NCBI GenBank assembly: GCA_038140435.1
Contig: JAYQGE010000001.1
Coordinates: forward strand, 16,228 to 80,227
Source: Rhodospirillaceae bacterium
Lineage (GTDB): Bacteria; Pseudomonadota; Alphaproteobacteria; UBA6615
DNA length: 64,000 bases
Reading direction: 5' to 3'
The notes below the pieces were generated by a model that was not told the origin of the DNA, made no database searches, and worked only from the letters and a program-made list of their open reading frames with translations. The position numbers were made by a program, and so were the translations under genes. Shown here piece after piece: positions 9,524-20,215 of the stretch (positions are counted from its first letter, which is position 1; every line of letters begins with the position of its first letter).

Positions 9524-10915
9524 TCAGCCCCCGCCGCGGCCGTTCGTGGGCGCGCCGCCGACATCGAGCAGGCGCTGCCCGGGCCGGAGACCCTCGTTTC
9601 CGCGCACCACGACCAGGTCGCCGACCTTGAGCCCGGAACGGACCACGAGCCGGCTTCCCGTTGCCTCGCCCGTCGTGACCTGGCGGGGCTGGGCGCGGCC
9701 ATTGTTCGAGACGAGGACCATGCTTTGGCCGTTGCGCTGGGTGATCGCATCTTTCGAGACCGTGATGGCGTTGCGCGAGCCGCCGACGGGGATCAGGACG
9801 GTCACGCTCTGGTTGTTGGCCAGCGGGATCTCCATGTCGTCGAAATCCGGTGTGAACCGCACGGGCCGTGTCCGCGTTCGGGTGTTCTCGGTCGGCACCA
9901 CGGCGCGCAGCGTGGCCGCCGCGGAGATGCCGTCACCGATCTGCACGGTCACGAGATCGCCGTCGCTCAGGTCGGCGACGCGGGCCGCAGGCACGTCCGC
10001 CTCGACCTCGAGATTCTGGTCGTTGATGATCGTCGCAACCGGGTTGCCGATGGACAGGTAGGCGCCGACCTCGATGTGGGTCTGGCTGACGACCCCGGGA
10101 TAGGGGGCGACGACGTTGGTATCCGTCAGGTCGCGGTCGGCGCGCTTGAGCTGGGCCTCGGCCTGCGCCAGCTGGGCGCGGGTCTCGGCGACGGCGCCGG
10201 TCTGCGACGCGACCGCCTGGACCGCGTCCTCGTAGCGGGCCTGCGAGAAGGCGGCGGATTTCCGGATTCCCTCGAGCCGGTTCAGCTCGTTCCGGGTCTG
10301 CTCGAGATCGGCCCGGCGGGCGCGGAGATTGGCCTGCTGCTGCGCGACGATCGCGGCGTAGCGGTCGCGTTCGAGCTGCATGCGTTCCTGGTCGATGATC
10401 GCCAGCACGTCGCCCGCTTCGACCCGGGCGCCCACGTCCACCAGCATGTCCAGGACCGCGCCGCTGATCCGGGCTGCGACCGGACCGGTTTGCCGCGCGA
10501 CGATGCGGCCGACGACGGGCGTGGTCTGCCGGATTCGTTCCTCGACAACGGCATCGAGTTCGACGCGTGCCGGCGGCGGTCCGCCCTGGCTGCCCTGTCC
10601 GCCGCCGGACGGACGTGCCTTGTTGGCCGCATCCTGCGGTGCGCCGCCGGGCCGGGGACCGCCCGCAAAGAAGTGGCGCAGTTCGGCGCCGTCGAGGGTG
10701 CCGCTCTTGTCGATGTCGATGGTGTCGAAGTTTGCGGCCGCGGGACCCTGGGCCTCGTCGCGCTCGAGCACGCCGTTGCCGTTGCTGTCGAGGGCCTTGG
10801 CCGGGGGCGCGAGCTCGACCGTTTGTGCGTGGGCGGGGGCAGCCAGGACCATGGCCGCGAGCAACGCGGCCGCACCGGACATGCCAATCGCCCAACCTGT
10901 TCGAACGCTCTTCAT
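9524..10915 (-). CDS. RND efflux periplasmic adaptor (MFP/HlyD family) with an N-terminal EF-hand pair
   Basis: Internal start [23 protein letters not shown] gives a signal peptide. Two canonical 12-residue EF-hand loops follow ([12 protein letters not shown]; [12 protein letters not shown]), then a coiled-coil hairpin, lipoyl and beta-barrel MFP regions. Confidence 0.8.
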   Translation of the reverse strand: MKSVRTGWAIGMSGAAALLAAMVLAAPAHAQTVELAPPAKALDSNGNGVLERDEAQGPAAANFDTIDIDKSGTLDGAELRHFFAGGPRPGGAPQDAANKARPSGGGQGSQGGPPPARVELDAVVEERIRQTTPVVGRIVARQTGPVAARISGAVLDMLVDVGARVEAGDVLAIIDQERMQLERDRYAAIVAQQQANLRARRADLEQTRNELNRLEGIRKSAAFSQARYEDAVQAVASQTGAVAETRAQLAQAEAQLKRADRDLTDTNVVAPYPGVVSQTHIEVGAYLSIGNPVATIINDQNLEVEADVPAARVADLSDGDLVTVQIGDGISAAATLRAVVPTENTRTRTRPVRFTPDFDDMEIPLANNQSVTVLIPVGGSRNAITVSKDAITQRNGQSMVLVSNNGRAQPRQVTTGEATGSRLVVRSGLKVGDLVVVRGNEGLRPGQRLLDVGGAPTNGRGGG

Positions 10916-11136
10916 GCAACCACTCCGAAAACGGGCTTTGCGCGCGCTCGACGGGTCGCGCCGCTGACGGGAAGAACACGCCGGATTGGCAGTATAAGTC
11001 AATGGGCTAAGTCCGATATAGCCGTCCGCAGGCTCACTTACTCGCCATCCGTTTTTTGGGGGGCGGCCGCATCGCTGTTGCTGCGCGCGCACGGGCGTTA
11101 AACTGCGCGTATCTGACCCCCGCCCGGACGTCTTCC

Positions 11137-12063
11137 ATGGCCACGCGATTCTATTTCCACCCGGTCTGCATTGAGCATGAGCCGGCGCCGGGTCACCCGG
11201 AATCGCCGGACCGGCTGCGCACGATCGCCGACGTGCTGGCAGGGGGCGAGTTCGACGCGCTCGAACGCCACACGCCGGGCGAGGCGACCCGCGATCATCT
11301 GTTGCTGATGCATCCCGCCGCCCATGTGGACCGGGTGTTCGGCCTCATTCCCGGGGACGGGTACGCGAGGGTGGATGCGGACACGATCGTGTCGCCCAAG
11401 TCTGGCGCGGCTGCGCTGCGCGCGGCGGGCGCGATGATCGAGGCCGTCGATGCCGTCATGACCGGCGCCGCCGAAAACGCCTTCTGCGCCATGCGCCCGC
11501 CGGGACATCATGCCGAGCCGAGCCAGGCGATGGGATTCTGCCTGTTCAACAGCGTTGCCATCGGTGCCGAGCACGCGCGCCGCGCCCACGGCGCCCGGCG
11601 GGTCGCGGTGATGGATTTCGACGTACACCACGGCAACGGCACCCAGGCGATGTTCTGGAACGAGCCCGACCTGTTCTATGCCTCGACCCACCAGTGGCCG
11701 CTCTACCCCGGCACCGGCGACCGCGGGGAGACGGGTGCCCACGGGAACATCGTCAACGCGCCGCTCACGATTGGCGCGGATTCCGACGCCTTCCGCGCCG
11801 CGATGCGCGACGTGGTGCTGCCCGCGATGGCCGATTTCGCGCCCGACCTGGTGATGATCTCCGCCGGTTTCGATGCCCATCGCCGCGATCCGCTGGCACA
11901 GCTCTCGCTCGAAACCGAGGATTTCGCCTGGGCGACGGACGAGCTCCGCACGCTGGCCGACAAGGCCTGCGACGGTCGGCTCGTCTCGACGCTCGAGGGC
12001 GGCTACGATCTGACGGCGCTCGGCGAATCGGCCGCGGCGCATGTCCGTGTCCTGATGGGATGA
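11137..12063 (+). CDS. histone deacetylase-family amidohydrolase (AcuC/HDAC-like)
   Basis: HPESPDRL, DFDVHHGNGTQ and the GGYDL motif of arginase/deacetylase-fold HDAC-like enzymes. Start chosen at MATRFYFHP. Confidence 0.8.
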   Translation: MATRFYFHPVCIEHEPAPGHPESPDRLRTIADVLAGGEFDALERHTPGEATRDHLLLMHPAAHVDRVFGLIPGDGYARVDADTIVSPKSGAAALRAAGAMIEAVDAVMTGAAENAFCAMRPPGHHAEPSQAMGFCLFNSVAIGAEHARRAHGARRVAVMDFDVHHGNGTQAMFWNEPDLFYASTHQWPLYPGTGDRGETGAHGNIVNAPLTIGADSDAFRAAMRDVVLPAMADFAPDLVMISAGFDAHRRDPLAQLSLETEDFAWATDELRTLADKACDGRLVSTLEGGYDLTALGESAAAHVRVLMG

Positions 12064-12105
12064 TGGAGTTTGACGGCGGCCCTCGCCACCGGTAGAGGAT
12101 TGAAC

Positions 12106-12369
12106 ATGGCTAAGCACGACACGAAGGCCGAAATCCCGGCCGATATCGCGAAGCTCTCCTTCGAGGACGCGCTCGCGCAGCTTGAGGAGATCGTACGCAA
12201 CCTCGAGGGCGGCGACAGCGCGCTGGACGACGCGATCGCGGCCTATGAGCGGGGTGCGGCGCTCAAGCGGCACTGCGAATCGAAGCTGCGGCAGGCCCAG
12301 GCGCGGGTGGAGAAAATCTCGCTCGGCGCCGACGGTACGCCCGAAGCCGAGCCGGTCGCTTCGGACTGA
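12106..12369 (+). CDS. xseB: exodeoxyribonuclease VII small subunit
   Basis: 87 aa. ..[18 protein letters not shown].. is XseB-like. AGAGGA RBS. First gene of the conserved xseB-ispA-dxs operon. Confidence 0.85.
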   Translation: MAKHDTKAEIPADIAKLSFEDALAQLEEIVRNLEGGDSALDDAIAAYERGAALKRHCESKLRQAQARVEKISLGADGTPEAEPVASD

Positions 12370-12374
12370 ACCCG

Positions 12375-13280
12375 GTGTCCCAGCGTTACGCCGATGCGCT
12401 CGCGACCGTCGCGACGGAAGTGAATGCGACAATCGCGCAGCTTCTCGACCGCGCGGCGGCGGACGATGGTTCCGAGGTGGCAAGCCTGTGGGACGTGATG
12501 CGCTATGCGGCGCTTGCCGGTGGCAAGCGGCTGCGCCCGTTTCTCGTGCTTTCGTCCGCGGAGGTCTGCGGCGGCGACCGCCAGGTCGCGCTCCGCGTGG
12601 CCGCGGCCGTCGAGATGATGCACACCTATTCGCTGGTGCATGACGACCTGCCGGCGATGGACGATGACGACCTGCGGCGCGGTCAGCCGACCCTGCACAG
12701 GAAGTTCGACGAGGCGACCGCGATCCTGGCGGGCGACGCACTCCTGACGCTGGCCTTCGAGGTGCTTGCCGATCCTGCGACCCACCCCGACAGCGGCATT
12801 CGTGCCGAGTTGGTGCTGGGGCTCGCGCGCGCCGGCGGCCCGGAGGGGATGGCGGGCGGACAGATGCTCGACCTGGATGCCGAGCGACACCCGGTCGCCC
12901 GTGACGAACAGATCATGCGCCTCGAATCGATGAAGACCGGGGCGCTGTTCGCCTGGTCGTGCGAGGCGGGCGCGGTCGCGGCGGGCGCCGACGAGACGGC
13001 GCGCCGGCATCTGCGCCAGTTCGGGGCGGATTACGGGCTCGCGTTCCAGGTTACCGACGACATCCTGGACGAGGTCGGCGATGCGGCCGAGACAGGCAAG
13101 GCGGTGGGCAAGGACAATGCGCGCGGCAAGGCGACTTTCGTCTCGCTGCATGGCCTGGAGGCGGCGCGCGGAATCGCGGAGCGGCACGTCCGGAAGGCGG
13201 TCGGAAACCTTGATTTCTTTGGACAAAAGGCAGAGTTATTGCGGGCCGCCGCCGAGAGCTTGATCGACCGGCGCGTATGA
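12375..13280 (+). CDS. ispA: farnesyl diphosphate synthase / geranyltranstransferase
   Basis: Both aspartate-rich motifs are present ([17 protein letters not shown]; FQVTDDILD). GTG start. Confidence 0.85.
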   Translation: MSQRYADALATVATEVNATIAQLLDRAAADDGSEVASLWDVMRYAALAGGKRLRPFLVLSSAEVCGGDRQVALRVAAAVEMMHTYSLVHDDLPAMDDDDLRRGQPTLHRKFDEATAILAGDALLTLAFEVLADPATHPDSGIRAELVLGLARAGGPEGMAGGQMLDLDAERHPVARDEQIMRLESMKTGALFAWSCEAGAVAAGADETARRHLRQFGADYGLAFQVTDDILDEVGDAAETGKAVGKDNARGKATFVSLHGLEAARGIAERHVRKAVGNLDFFGQKAELLRAAAESLIDRRV

Positions 13281-13311
13281 TTGTATTCAAGTCCGCGATT
13301 GGATCCGTCCA

Positions 13312-15234
13312 TTGAGCGATAACAGCAAGACACCGCTTCTCGACACCGTCCGGATTCCGGCGGATATGGCGGATTTCACGCCCGAGCAGCTCAAGCAGCT
13401 CGCTGACGAGCTCCGCCAGGAGACGATCGACGCGGTGTCCATCACCGGCGGACATCTCGGGGCCGGGCTGGGCGTCGTCGAGCTCACCGTCGCGCTGCAT
13501 CACGTGTTCGATGCACCGCGCGACCGGCTGATCTGGGATGTCAGCCATCAATGCTACCCGCACAAGATTCTGACCGATCGGCGCGACCGTATCCGGACCC
13601 TGCGCCAGGGCGGCGGCCTGTCCGGGTTCACGCGCCGGGCCGAGAGCGAATACGACCCGTTCGGCGCGGCCCACAGCTCGACCTCGATCTCGGCGGGCCT
13701 CGGCATGGCCGTGGCGCGGGACCTCGCCGGCGGTGACAACAACGTGGTCGCGGTCATCGGCGACGGCTCGATGAGTGCCGGCATGGCCTATGAGGCGATG
13801 AACAACGCCGGCTCCATGGATTCGCGCCTGGTGGTCGTGCTGAACGACAACGACATGTCGATCGCGCCGGCGGTGGGCGCCATGAGTGCCTATCTGTCGC
13901 GCCTGATCTCGTCGAAGAGCTACCGCTCGCTCCGCCGGGTCGCGAAGGACATGGCCCACCGTTTCCCGAAGAGTTTCGAGGAGGCCGCGCGCCGGGCCGA
14001 GGAATATGCGCGCGGGTTCGTCACCGGCGGAACCCTGTTCGAGGAGATGGGCTTCTACTATATCGGCCCGATCGACGGCCATAACATCGACCACCTGCTG
14101 CCGGTGCTCAAGAATGTGCGCGACAGCAAGCAGGACGCGCCGGTGCTGGTGCATGTGGTGACCCAGAAGGGGCGCGGCTTCGAATCCGACAAGGGCGGCG
14201 ACGAGAAGTATCACGCCGTCTCGAAGTTCGATGTGGTGACCGGCGCCCAGGTGAAGGCCAAGTCCAACGCGCCGAGTTACACCCGCGTCTTCGCCGACAG
14301 CCTCGTCCGCGAGGCCGAGGACGACGACAGGATCGTCGCCGTGACCGCCGCGATGCCGTCGGGCACGGGGCTCGACATCTTCGGCAAGGCCTTTCCCGAG
14401 CGCTGCTTCGACGTGGCGATCGCCGAGCAGCATGGCGTGACCTTTGCCGCCGGCCTCGCATCCGAGGGCTACAAGCCCTTCGTTGCGATCTACTCGACCT
14501 TCCTGCAGCGCGGCTACGACCAGGTGGTGCATGATGTTGCCATCCAGGGGCTGCCCGTGCGCTTCGCCATCGACCGCGCCGGCCTCGTCGGCGCCGACGG
14601 CGCGACCCACCACGGCTCGTTCGACACGGCCTATCTCGGTTGCCTGCCCGGCTTCGTGCTGATGGCGGCGGGGGACGAGGCTGAGCTCGTGGACATGGTC
14701 GCGACCGCTGCGGCCATCAACGACCGCCCGTCCGCCTTCCGCTACCCGCGCGGCGAGGGGGTCGGCGTCGATATGCCCCAGCGCGGCACGCCGCTCGAGA
14801 TCGGCAAGGGCCGTGTCCTGCGCGAGGGCACTTCGGTGGCGCTGCTCTCCTATGGCGGGCGGCTCCAGGAATGCCTGCAGGCCGCTGAAGACCTGGCCAC
14901 CCACGGCCTGAGCGTGACGGTGGCCGACGCGCGGTTCGCCAAGCCGCTGGACGTGGACCTGGTGCATCGCCTCGCGCGCGAGCACGAGGTTCTGGTCACG
15001 GTCGAGGAGGGCGCGATCGGGGGCTTCGCCACCCAGGTGATGACCGAGCTCGCCAATTCAGGCCTGCTGGACGGCGGCCTGAAGTTCCGACCGATGACCC
15101 TGCCGGACATTTTCATCGACCACGACACGCCCGCACGCCAGTACGAGCAGGCCGGACTCACCGCGTCCGGGATCGTCGCTACGGTGCTCTGCGCGCTCGG
15201 CCGCGAGGAAGAGGCGACCGGCGCGCGCGCCTGA
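13312..15234 (+). CDS. dxs: 1-deoxy-D-xylulose-5-phosphate synthase
   Basis: 640 aa. TPP-binding [29 protein letters not shown], and the transketolase-like C-terminus. Apparent TTG start. Confidence 0.95.
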   Translation: MSDNSKTPLLDTVRIPADMADFTPEQLKQLADELRQETIDAVSITGGHLGAGLGVVELTVALHHVFDAPRDRLIWDVSHQCYPHKILTDRRDRIRTLRQGGGLSGFTRRAESEYDPFGAAHSSTSISAGLGMAVARDLAGGDNNVVAVIGDGSMSAGMAYEAMNNAGSMDSRLVVVLNDNDMSIAPAVGAMSAYLSRLISSKSYRSLRRVAKDMAHRFPKSFEEAARRAEEYARGFVTGGTLFEEMGFYYIGPIDGHNIDHLLPVLKNVRDSKQDAPVLVHVVTQKGRGFESDKGGDEKYHAVSKFDVVTGAQVKAKSNAPSYTRVFADSLVREAEDDDRIVAVTAAMPSGTGLDIFGKAFPERCFDVAIAEQHGVTFAAGLASEGYKPFVAIYSTFLQRGYDQVVHDVAIQGLPVRFAIDRAGLVGADGATHHGSFDTAYLGCLPGFVLMAAGDEAELVDMVATAAAINDRPSAFRYPRGEGVGVDMPQRGTPLEIGKGRVLREGTSVALLSYGGRLQECLQAAEDLATHGLSVTVADARFAKPLDVDLVHRLAREHEVLVTVEEGAIGGFATQVMTELANSGLLDGGLKFRPMTLPDIFIDHDTPARQYEQAGLTASGIVATVLCALGREEEATGARA

Positions 15235-15362
15235 CGCGCCCGCTGTCCGGACAGGTGTTCGCGAACGCTGGACCTGAGCGCCCGGCATCGCTATCTATCG
15301 CGCCGAAATTACGACATCACGAAAGCCGCAAACGCGCTCTGCGCGGACCCCGGGAGAGAGAC

Positions 15363-16550
15363 ATGGAACAGCCCTTCGTCACCAATGAAATGCAGGAAGC
15401 GATTCTCGACTCCGTCCGGCGCTTCGTCGCCGACGAGGTGCTGCCCGTCGCCGCCGACCTGGATGCCAACGCCGACCCGGAGGAGAGCTTCTCCTGGGAC
15501 ATCGTCGAGAAGTCCGACGCGGCGGGCATCCGCACCATGACCCTGCCGGAAGAGTGGGGCGGCATCGGCGCCGACTATCTCACCACCGGCATGGTGGTCG
15601 AGGAGCTGGCCAAGGGCGATATCGGCATCTCGGTCGTCATGGCCCAGACGCTCAAGATCGCCCAGATCATGATGGAGGCGCTGTCGGAGGACCAGCAGCA
15701 GCGCTTCATCCCGCGCTTCCGCGACGATCCGCGCGGCCTGCTCGCCATCGGCATCACCGAGCCGGAAAACGGCTCCAACTACTTCGTCCATGGCGACTGG
15801 TCGTTCAACACCCGCGCCGAGAAGGTCGACGGCGGCTGGAAGATCAACGGCATGAAGCACTTCGTGTCGAACTCGAACCGGGCCAACGTCTTCCTGCTGT
15901 TCGTGCAGACGGAGAAGGACAAGGACCTGTTCAGCGGCAGCACCTGCTTCATCCTGTCGAACGAGACGCCGGGCTTCTCCCTCGGCCAGGTGCACAACAA
16001 GATGGGCGAGCGCCTCGCGAACAACGCCGAGATGATCTTCCAGGATTGCTTCGTGCCCGACGCCGATGTGGTCGGCGAGGTCGGCAACGGCTTCCAGATC
16101 CTGGCCGACTTCTTCCCCGCCAGTAACGCCTATGCCGGCGCGTCGGTGCTCGGCAACGCGGTCGCCACCTACGAGATGACGCTCGAATGGGCGAAGAACC
16201 GCATCCAGGGCGGCAAGCCGCTCATCGAGCATGACGGCATCCGGACCCAGCTCGCCGAGATGCACATGATGCTGGACGTCGCGCGGACCTATATCCGCAA
16301 GGCGACCTGGGCCGCGGACAACCGGGACTCGGTGCCCTGGGACCCGGCGCTCGGCGCACTGCCCAAGATCTACGCCTCGCAGATCGCGTGGCAGATCGCG
16401 ACCTGGGCCATGGAAATCCATGGCGGCAGCGGCTTCATGAAGGAGATCGGGCTCGAGAAGCGGGTCCGCGACGCGGCCGCGTTCCTGCACTCCGACGGCG
16501 TCAACCGGACGCTTTTCCTCAAGGCAGCGGACTACCTCTACAAGGACTAG
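15363..16550 (+). CDS. acyl-CoA dehydrogenase family protein
   Basis: ACAD N-terminal, middle and C-terminal domain pattern (..ITEPENGSN.., ..WAMEIHGGSGFMKE..). Start at MEQPFV with GGGAGAGAG RBS. The longer ORF carries a non-conserved leader. Confidence 0.8.
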   Translation: MEQPFVTNEMQEAILDSVRRFVADEVLPVAADLDANADPEESFSWDIVEKSDAAGIRTMTLPEEWGGIGADYLTTGMVVEELAKGDIGISVVMAQTLKIAQIMMEALSEDQQQRFIPRFRDDPRGLLAIGITEPENGSNYFVHGDWSFNTRAEKVDGGWKINGMKHFVSNSNRANVFLLFVQTEKDKDLFSGSTCFILSNETPGFSLGQVHNKMGERLANNAEMIFQDCFVPDADVVGEVGNGFQILADFFPASNAYAGASVLGNAVATYEMTLEWAKNRIQGGKPLIEHDGIRTQLAEMHMMLDVARTYIRKATWAADNRDSVPWDPALGALPKIYASQIAWQIATWAMEIHGGSGFMKEIGLEKRVRDAAAFLHSDGVNRTLFLKAADYLYKD

Positions 16551-16593
16551 GCCAACGGGCCGGAGCGGAATTCGGCACGGCTGAGGCCGGAGA

Positions 16594-16860
16594 CTACTTC
16601 TCCGGCTTACCGCCCTTCTTCATGCCGTCCGCCTGTTTCATCAGGCCTTTCTTCTCACCCTCGCCGCGCTCCATGGCGTTGTCGCGGCCGGTCATCCGAT
16701 CGTCCTTCTTATCCATGGCGTCGCGGGCCTTGTCCGAGGCCTTCTCAGCCGACATGGCCTTGCCGGAGGACTTGCCCTGGGCGAGCTCGACGTCGCCAGC
16801 GGCGGCCGGCATGGCGGCGCCGATCAGGATTGCCGCGGCGGCGGCGACGGTCAGTGACAT
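16594..16860 (-). CDS. small secreted Lys/Met-rich hypothetical protein
   Basis: Signal peptide (AAAAAILIGAAMPAAAG) followed by a charged low-complexity region with Met spaced every 6-8 residues. 88 aa. Confidence 0.4.
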   Translation of the reverse strand: MSLTVAAAAAILIGAAMPAAAGDVELAQGKSSGKAMSAEKASDKARDAMDKKDDRMTGRDNAMERGEGEKKGLMKQADGMKKGGKPEK

Positions 16861-17150
16861 GAAGGGCGATATGGCGAATCACCGATTCGAGTGTTCTGAA
16901 CAGAGCGCGATTATACTGTGCGACCCATGATCGTCGCTGGCTTTTGCGTCGAATGTGTGGCGATTGGCATCGAGCCTGTGGCGTTCGCAGCTATGGTCAC
17001 CGGATGACATTCGACCCGCTGCGGGGCTTCCAGCTCTCGAAATTGCGCTCTTCGACGCGGCCCTGGGGCCGGTAGCGGCGGCGGCGCTGGAAAATCACTG
17101 GCGCGTGTCGCGCGCGTCCTGAAGCGGCAGCGCGTATGTCTGTGAACTGC

Positions 17151-18323
17151 CTATAGTGGCAGTTCGTGGGGCAGCACCACATGGTCGCGGGTGATGTCCG
17201 CGATTCTGGTCAGGCCCATCACCCCCATGGTCCGGCGCATCTCGGCCTGGAGGATCTCCAGCGCCCGCGTGGCGCCGGGCTCACCGCCGGCGGACACGCC
17301 GTAGAGGGTCGCGCGGCCGATGATGACGGCGTCGGCGCCGAGCGCGAGGCCCTTCAGGATGTCGGAGCCGCGCCGGAAGCCGGAATCGACGATCACGGTC
17401 ATCCGGTCGCCCACCTCGCGGGCCACCGACGGCAGCACGTCGATGGGCGCCAGCGCCGCGTCGGACGCGATCCCGCCATGGTTCGAGATCACGACCGCGT
17501 CCACACCGCATTCGGCGCACTTGGCCGCGTCGTCGGGGTGGAGGATGCCCTTCACCACCAGCTTGCGGGGCCACATGTCGCGGATGCGCTTGAGGAAGTC
17601 CCAGTCGAGCGTGTCGTTCTTGAACAGGAAGTCGCGGACCCCGGTGGACGAGAGCCCCTCGGGCATGTCGATGTTCAGGTAGCGGGGCAGGTGGCCGTCG
17701 GCCAGCACGTAGCGTCCCACCGTGCCGAACAGCCAGCGCGGGTGGGTCACGAGATCGGCGATGTTCCGGGGCGTGAGCCGCACCGGCATGGTGGTGCCGT
17801 TCCGCACGTCGAACTCGCGGTTGTAGGGGACGGTACTGTCGACCGTCAGGACCAGCGCCTCGAAGCCCGCGGCCTCGGCGCGCGGCACGGCCTTGAGGGA
17901 CGCCTCCATGTCGCGCCAGACATACAGGTGATACCAGAGCCGCCCGCCGCCGCCCTCTTTGACGATCCGCTCCATCGGCGTGTTCGACGTGCTGGCGACG
18001 GTGAAGGGGATGCCCGCCTTGGCGGCGGCCTGGGCCAGCGCCGTCTCGCCCCGGTACCAGACGAAGCCCGCCGGTCCGGTCGGCCCGATCACCACCGGCA
18101 TGTCCACGGGCGCGCCGAATATCTCGGCCTTGGTGTTCCGTGAGGACGTGTCGTTCAGAACCCGCGAGCGCAGCTTGATTCGCTCCAGCGCCTCGCGGTT
18201 GTGGCGCAGCGCCACGTCGTCCTCGGAACCCCGGTCGCAGAACTCGAACAGCCCCTTGGTCAGCCGCTTCTTCGCGAGCAGCCGCAGTTCTTCGATGTTG
18301 AGGGCGGAGGAGACGGAGGGCAT
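17151..18323 (-). CDS. FMN-dependent alpha-hydroxy-acid dehydrogenase/oxidase (L-lactate dehydrogenase / glycolate oxidase family)
   Basis: 390 aa. TIM-barrel FMN motifs (..VLTVD.., ..VVISNHGG.., ..VIVDSGFRRGSDILKGLALGA..). Confidence 0.8.
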   Translation of the reverse strand: MPSVSSALNIEELRLLAKKRLTKGLFEFCDRGSEDDVALRHNREALERIKLRSRVLNDTSSRNTKAEIFGAPVDMPVVIGPTGPAGFVWYRGETALAQAAAKAGIPFTVASTSNTPMERIVKEGGGGRLWYHLYVWRDMEASLKAVPRAEAAGFEALVLTVDSTVPYNREFDVRNGTTMPVRLTPRNIADLVTHPRWLFGTVGRYVLADGHLPRYLNIDMPEGLSSTGVRDFLFKNDTLDWDFLKRIRDMWPRKLVVKGILHPDDAAKCAECGVDAVVISNHGGIASDAALAPIDVLPSVAREVGDRMTVIVDSGFRRGSDILKGLALGADAVIIGRATLYGVSAGGEPGATRALEILQAEMRRTMGVMGLTRIADITRDHVVLPHELPL

Positions 18324-18326
18324 GGG

Positions 18327-19250
18327 CTATTTCTTCCCGAACGGTACGTCGTCGATACCTTCACGCTCCTCGAGGCCGGCCATGCCGCGCATGATCTCGT
18401 AGAAGGCCACCGTGTCCTTCTCGCCGTAGCCCTTCTCGAGCGCCGCCTGCATGAGTTGCGAGTAGACCTGGATCATCAGGGTCGGCGCGCCGAGGGCCCG
18501 GCCCATGTCCTGCATCAGGCGCGAATCCTTGAGGCTGATCGCCACCTTGCCCTGTTGCGAGTAGTCGGCGTTGATCATCTTCGGGCCCTTGTCGACCATG
18601 GTCTTGGAGCTGCACGCCCCGTCCTGCAGGACCGACAGGAGATTGTCGGAGTCGAGCCCCGCCTTCTCGCCGAGCAGCATCCCTTCGGCCATGGCGAGGC
18701 GGTTGCCGGCCAGGATCAGGTTGATGATCAGCTTGGTGCGCGCGCCCGAGCCCGACGGGCCCATGTAGTAGGCCGCGCGCGAGAAGCCCGCGAAGGCCTC
18801 ACGGCAGGCCTCGAAGTCGGCCTCCTCGCCGCCGGCGATGACCACCAGGTCGCCCGCCTGGGCCATGGTCGAGGTGCCCGACACGGCACTGTCGAGATAG
18901 CGGATACCCATCTCCTTGAGCTCGGCCGCCGTGCGCTCGCTGTCCTCGGGCCGCGCGGTGGTCGTGTCCATGACGATGAGGCCTTCCTCGGCGCCCGCCG
19001 CGAGCCCGCTGCCGTCCTCGAAGATGACCGACCGCGCGATGTCGCTGGTGGGGACGGAGACGATCACCCGGTCCACCCCCTTCGCCGCGGCGGCCGGCGT
19101 GTCCGCCGGGTGGCCGCCGGCCTCGGCGAGCTGGTCCATCCGCGCGGGATCGACGTCGAAGCCCTGAACGATGAACTGGCGTTCGCGCATGTTCTTGATG
19201 AAGGCCTGGCCCATCAGGCCCATGCCAACGAGACCGACACGCTGTGTCAT
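18327..19250 (-). CDS. NAD(P)-dependent oxidoreductase, 3-hydroxyisobutyrate / tartronate-semialdehyde reductase family
   Basis: N-terminal GLVGMGLMG Rossmann motif, 6-PGDH-like NAD-binding domain plus C-terminal helical domain. 307 aa. Confidence 0.8.
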   Translation of the reverse strand: MTQRVGLVGMGLMGQAFIKNMRERQFIVQGFDVDPARMDQLAEAGGHPADTPAAAAKGVDRVIVSVPTSDIARSVIFEDGSGLAAGAEEGLIVMDTTTARPEDSERTAAELKEMGIRYLDSAVSGTSTMAQAGDLVVIAGGEEADFEACREAFAGFSRAAYYMGPSGSGARTKLIINLILAGNRLAMAEGMLLGEKAGLDSDNLLSVLQDGACSSKTMVDKGPKMINADYSQQGKVAISLKDSRLMQDMGRALGAPTLMIQVYSQLMQAALEKGYGEKDTVAFYEIMRGMAGLEEREGIDDVPFGKK

Positions 19251-19345
19251 GGAAAATCCCCCCGAGACGAACGTTGTTTGTTGTTGGGGGTGATCTTACG
19301 GGGGCGGGGCCGCACGGACAATTGATGCGTGATCCAGCCAAAGCT

Positions 19346-19420
19346 CGTCATGCCCGGACTTGATCCGGGCATCTCTTTCGACACCGAGACGAGATACGCG
19401 GGTCAAGCCCGCGTATGACG
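19346..19420. repeat. 75-bp double-hairpin dispersed repeat (REP/MITE-like), copy 1
   Basis: CGTCATGCCCGGActtgaTCCGGGCAT..GATACGCGGGtcaagCCCGCGTATGACG: two 9-bp stem-loops closed by CGTCAT/ATGACG termini. About 95% identical to the copy at 21497..21571. Confidence 0.8.
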
Positions 19421-19456
19421 GTGAAGGTTGATGGGCATTCATGCTAATCCGTCCCC

Positions 19457-20215
19457 GTGGCACAGCAGACCAAAGCATCGAAGACCCGGGCCGACGTGGC
19501 GCTGGTGGATCGCGGGCTCGTCGAGACGCGCTCGCGCGCCCAGGCGCTGATCCTCGCGGGCAAGGTCTTCTCGGGCGAGCGCCGGGTCGAGAAGGCGGGC
19601 GAGACCGTCGCCGACGACGCGCCGCTGGAGGTGCGTGGCCAGGACCATCCGTGGGTCAGCCGGGGCGGGCTCAAGCTCGATCACGCGCTGGAGGAACTCG
19701 CAATCGACGCCGCAGGTGCGGTGGCGATCGACGTGGGCGCGTCGACGGGCGGGTTCACCGACGTGCTGCTCGCGCGCGGCGCGGCGCGGGTCTATGCGGT
19801 CGATGTGGGTCACGGCCAGTTCGCCTGGAAGCTTCGCAACGACGACCGGGTGGTGGTGCTCGAAAAGACCAACGCCCGACACCTGACGAATGAACAGATA
19901 CCTGAGCCGGTCTCGGCGATCGTCTGCGACGCGAGCTTCATCGGGCTCGAGACAGTGCTGCCCGCGTCGATGGCGCTGGCCGCGCCCGGCGCCTGGCTGG
20001 TGGCGCTGATCAAGCCCCAGTTCGAGGTCGGCCGGGACCAGGTCGGGAAGAAGGGGGTCGTCCGCGACCCGGCGTTGCACGAGGCGGTGTGTGACCGGAT
20101 CCGCGGCTGGCTCGACGTGCAGCCCGGCTGGCGGGTCATCGGCCTCGCCGAGAGCCCGATTACCGGGCCCGAGGGGAACAAGGAATTCCTGATCGGCGCG
20201 GCTTATGACGGATAG
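19457..20215 (+). CDS. tlyA: TlyA-family rRNA (cytidine-2'-O)-methyltransferase (hemolysin A-like)
   Basis: N-terminal S4 domain (RADVALVDRGLVETRSRAQALI), FtsJ-like MTase motif (VDVGASTGGFTD). GTG start. Confidence 0.85.
   Translation: MAQQTKASKTRADVALVDRGLVETRSRAQALILAGKVFSGERRVEKAGETVADDAPLEVRGQDHPWVSRGGLKLDHALEELAIDAAGAVAIDVGASTGGFTDVLLARGAARVYAVDVGHGQFAWKLRNDDRVVVLEKTNARHLTNEQIPEPVSAIVCDASFIGLETVLPASMALAAPGAWLVALIKPQFEVGRDQVGKKGVVRDPALHEAVCDRIRGWLDVQPGWRVIGLAESPITGPEGNKEFLIGAAYDG

Noticed and set aside
11098-12741. 547-aa minus-strand ORF antisense to the HDAC-like gene, xseB and ispA
   Set aside because: It overlaps three well-supported + strand genes with clear motifs. The composition is antisense-type.
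13051-14985. 644-aa minus-strand ORF antisense to dxs
   Set aside because: dxs is unambiguous. The antisense frame is open only because of GC bias.
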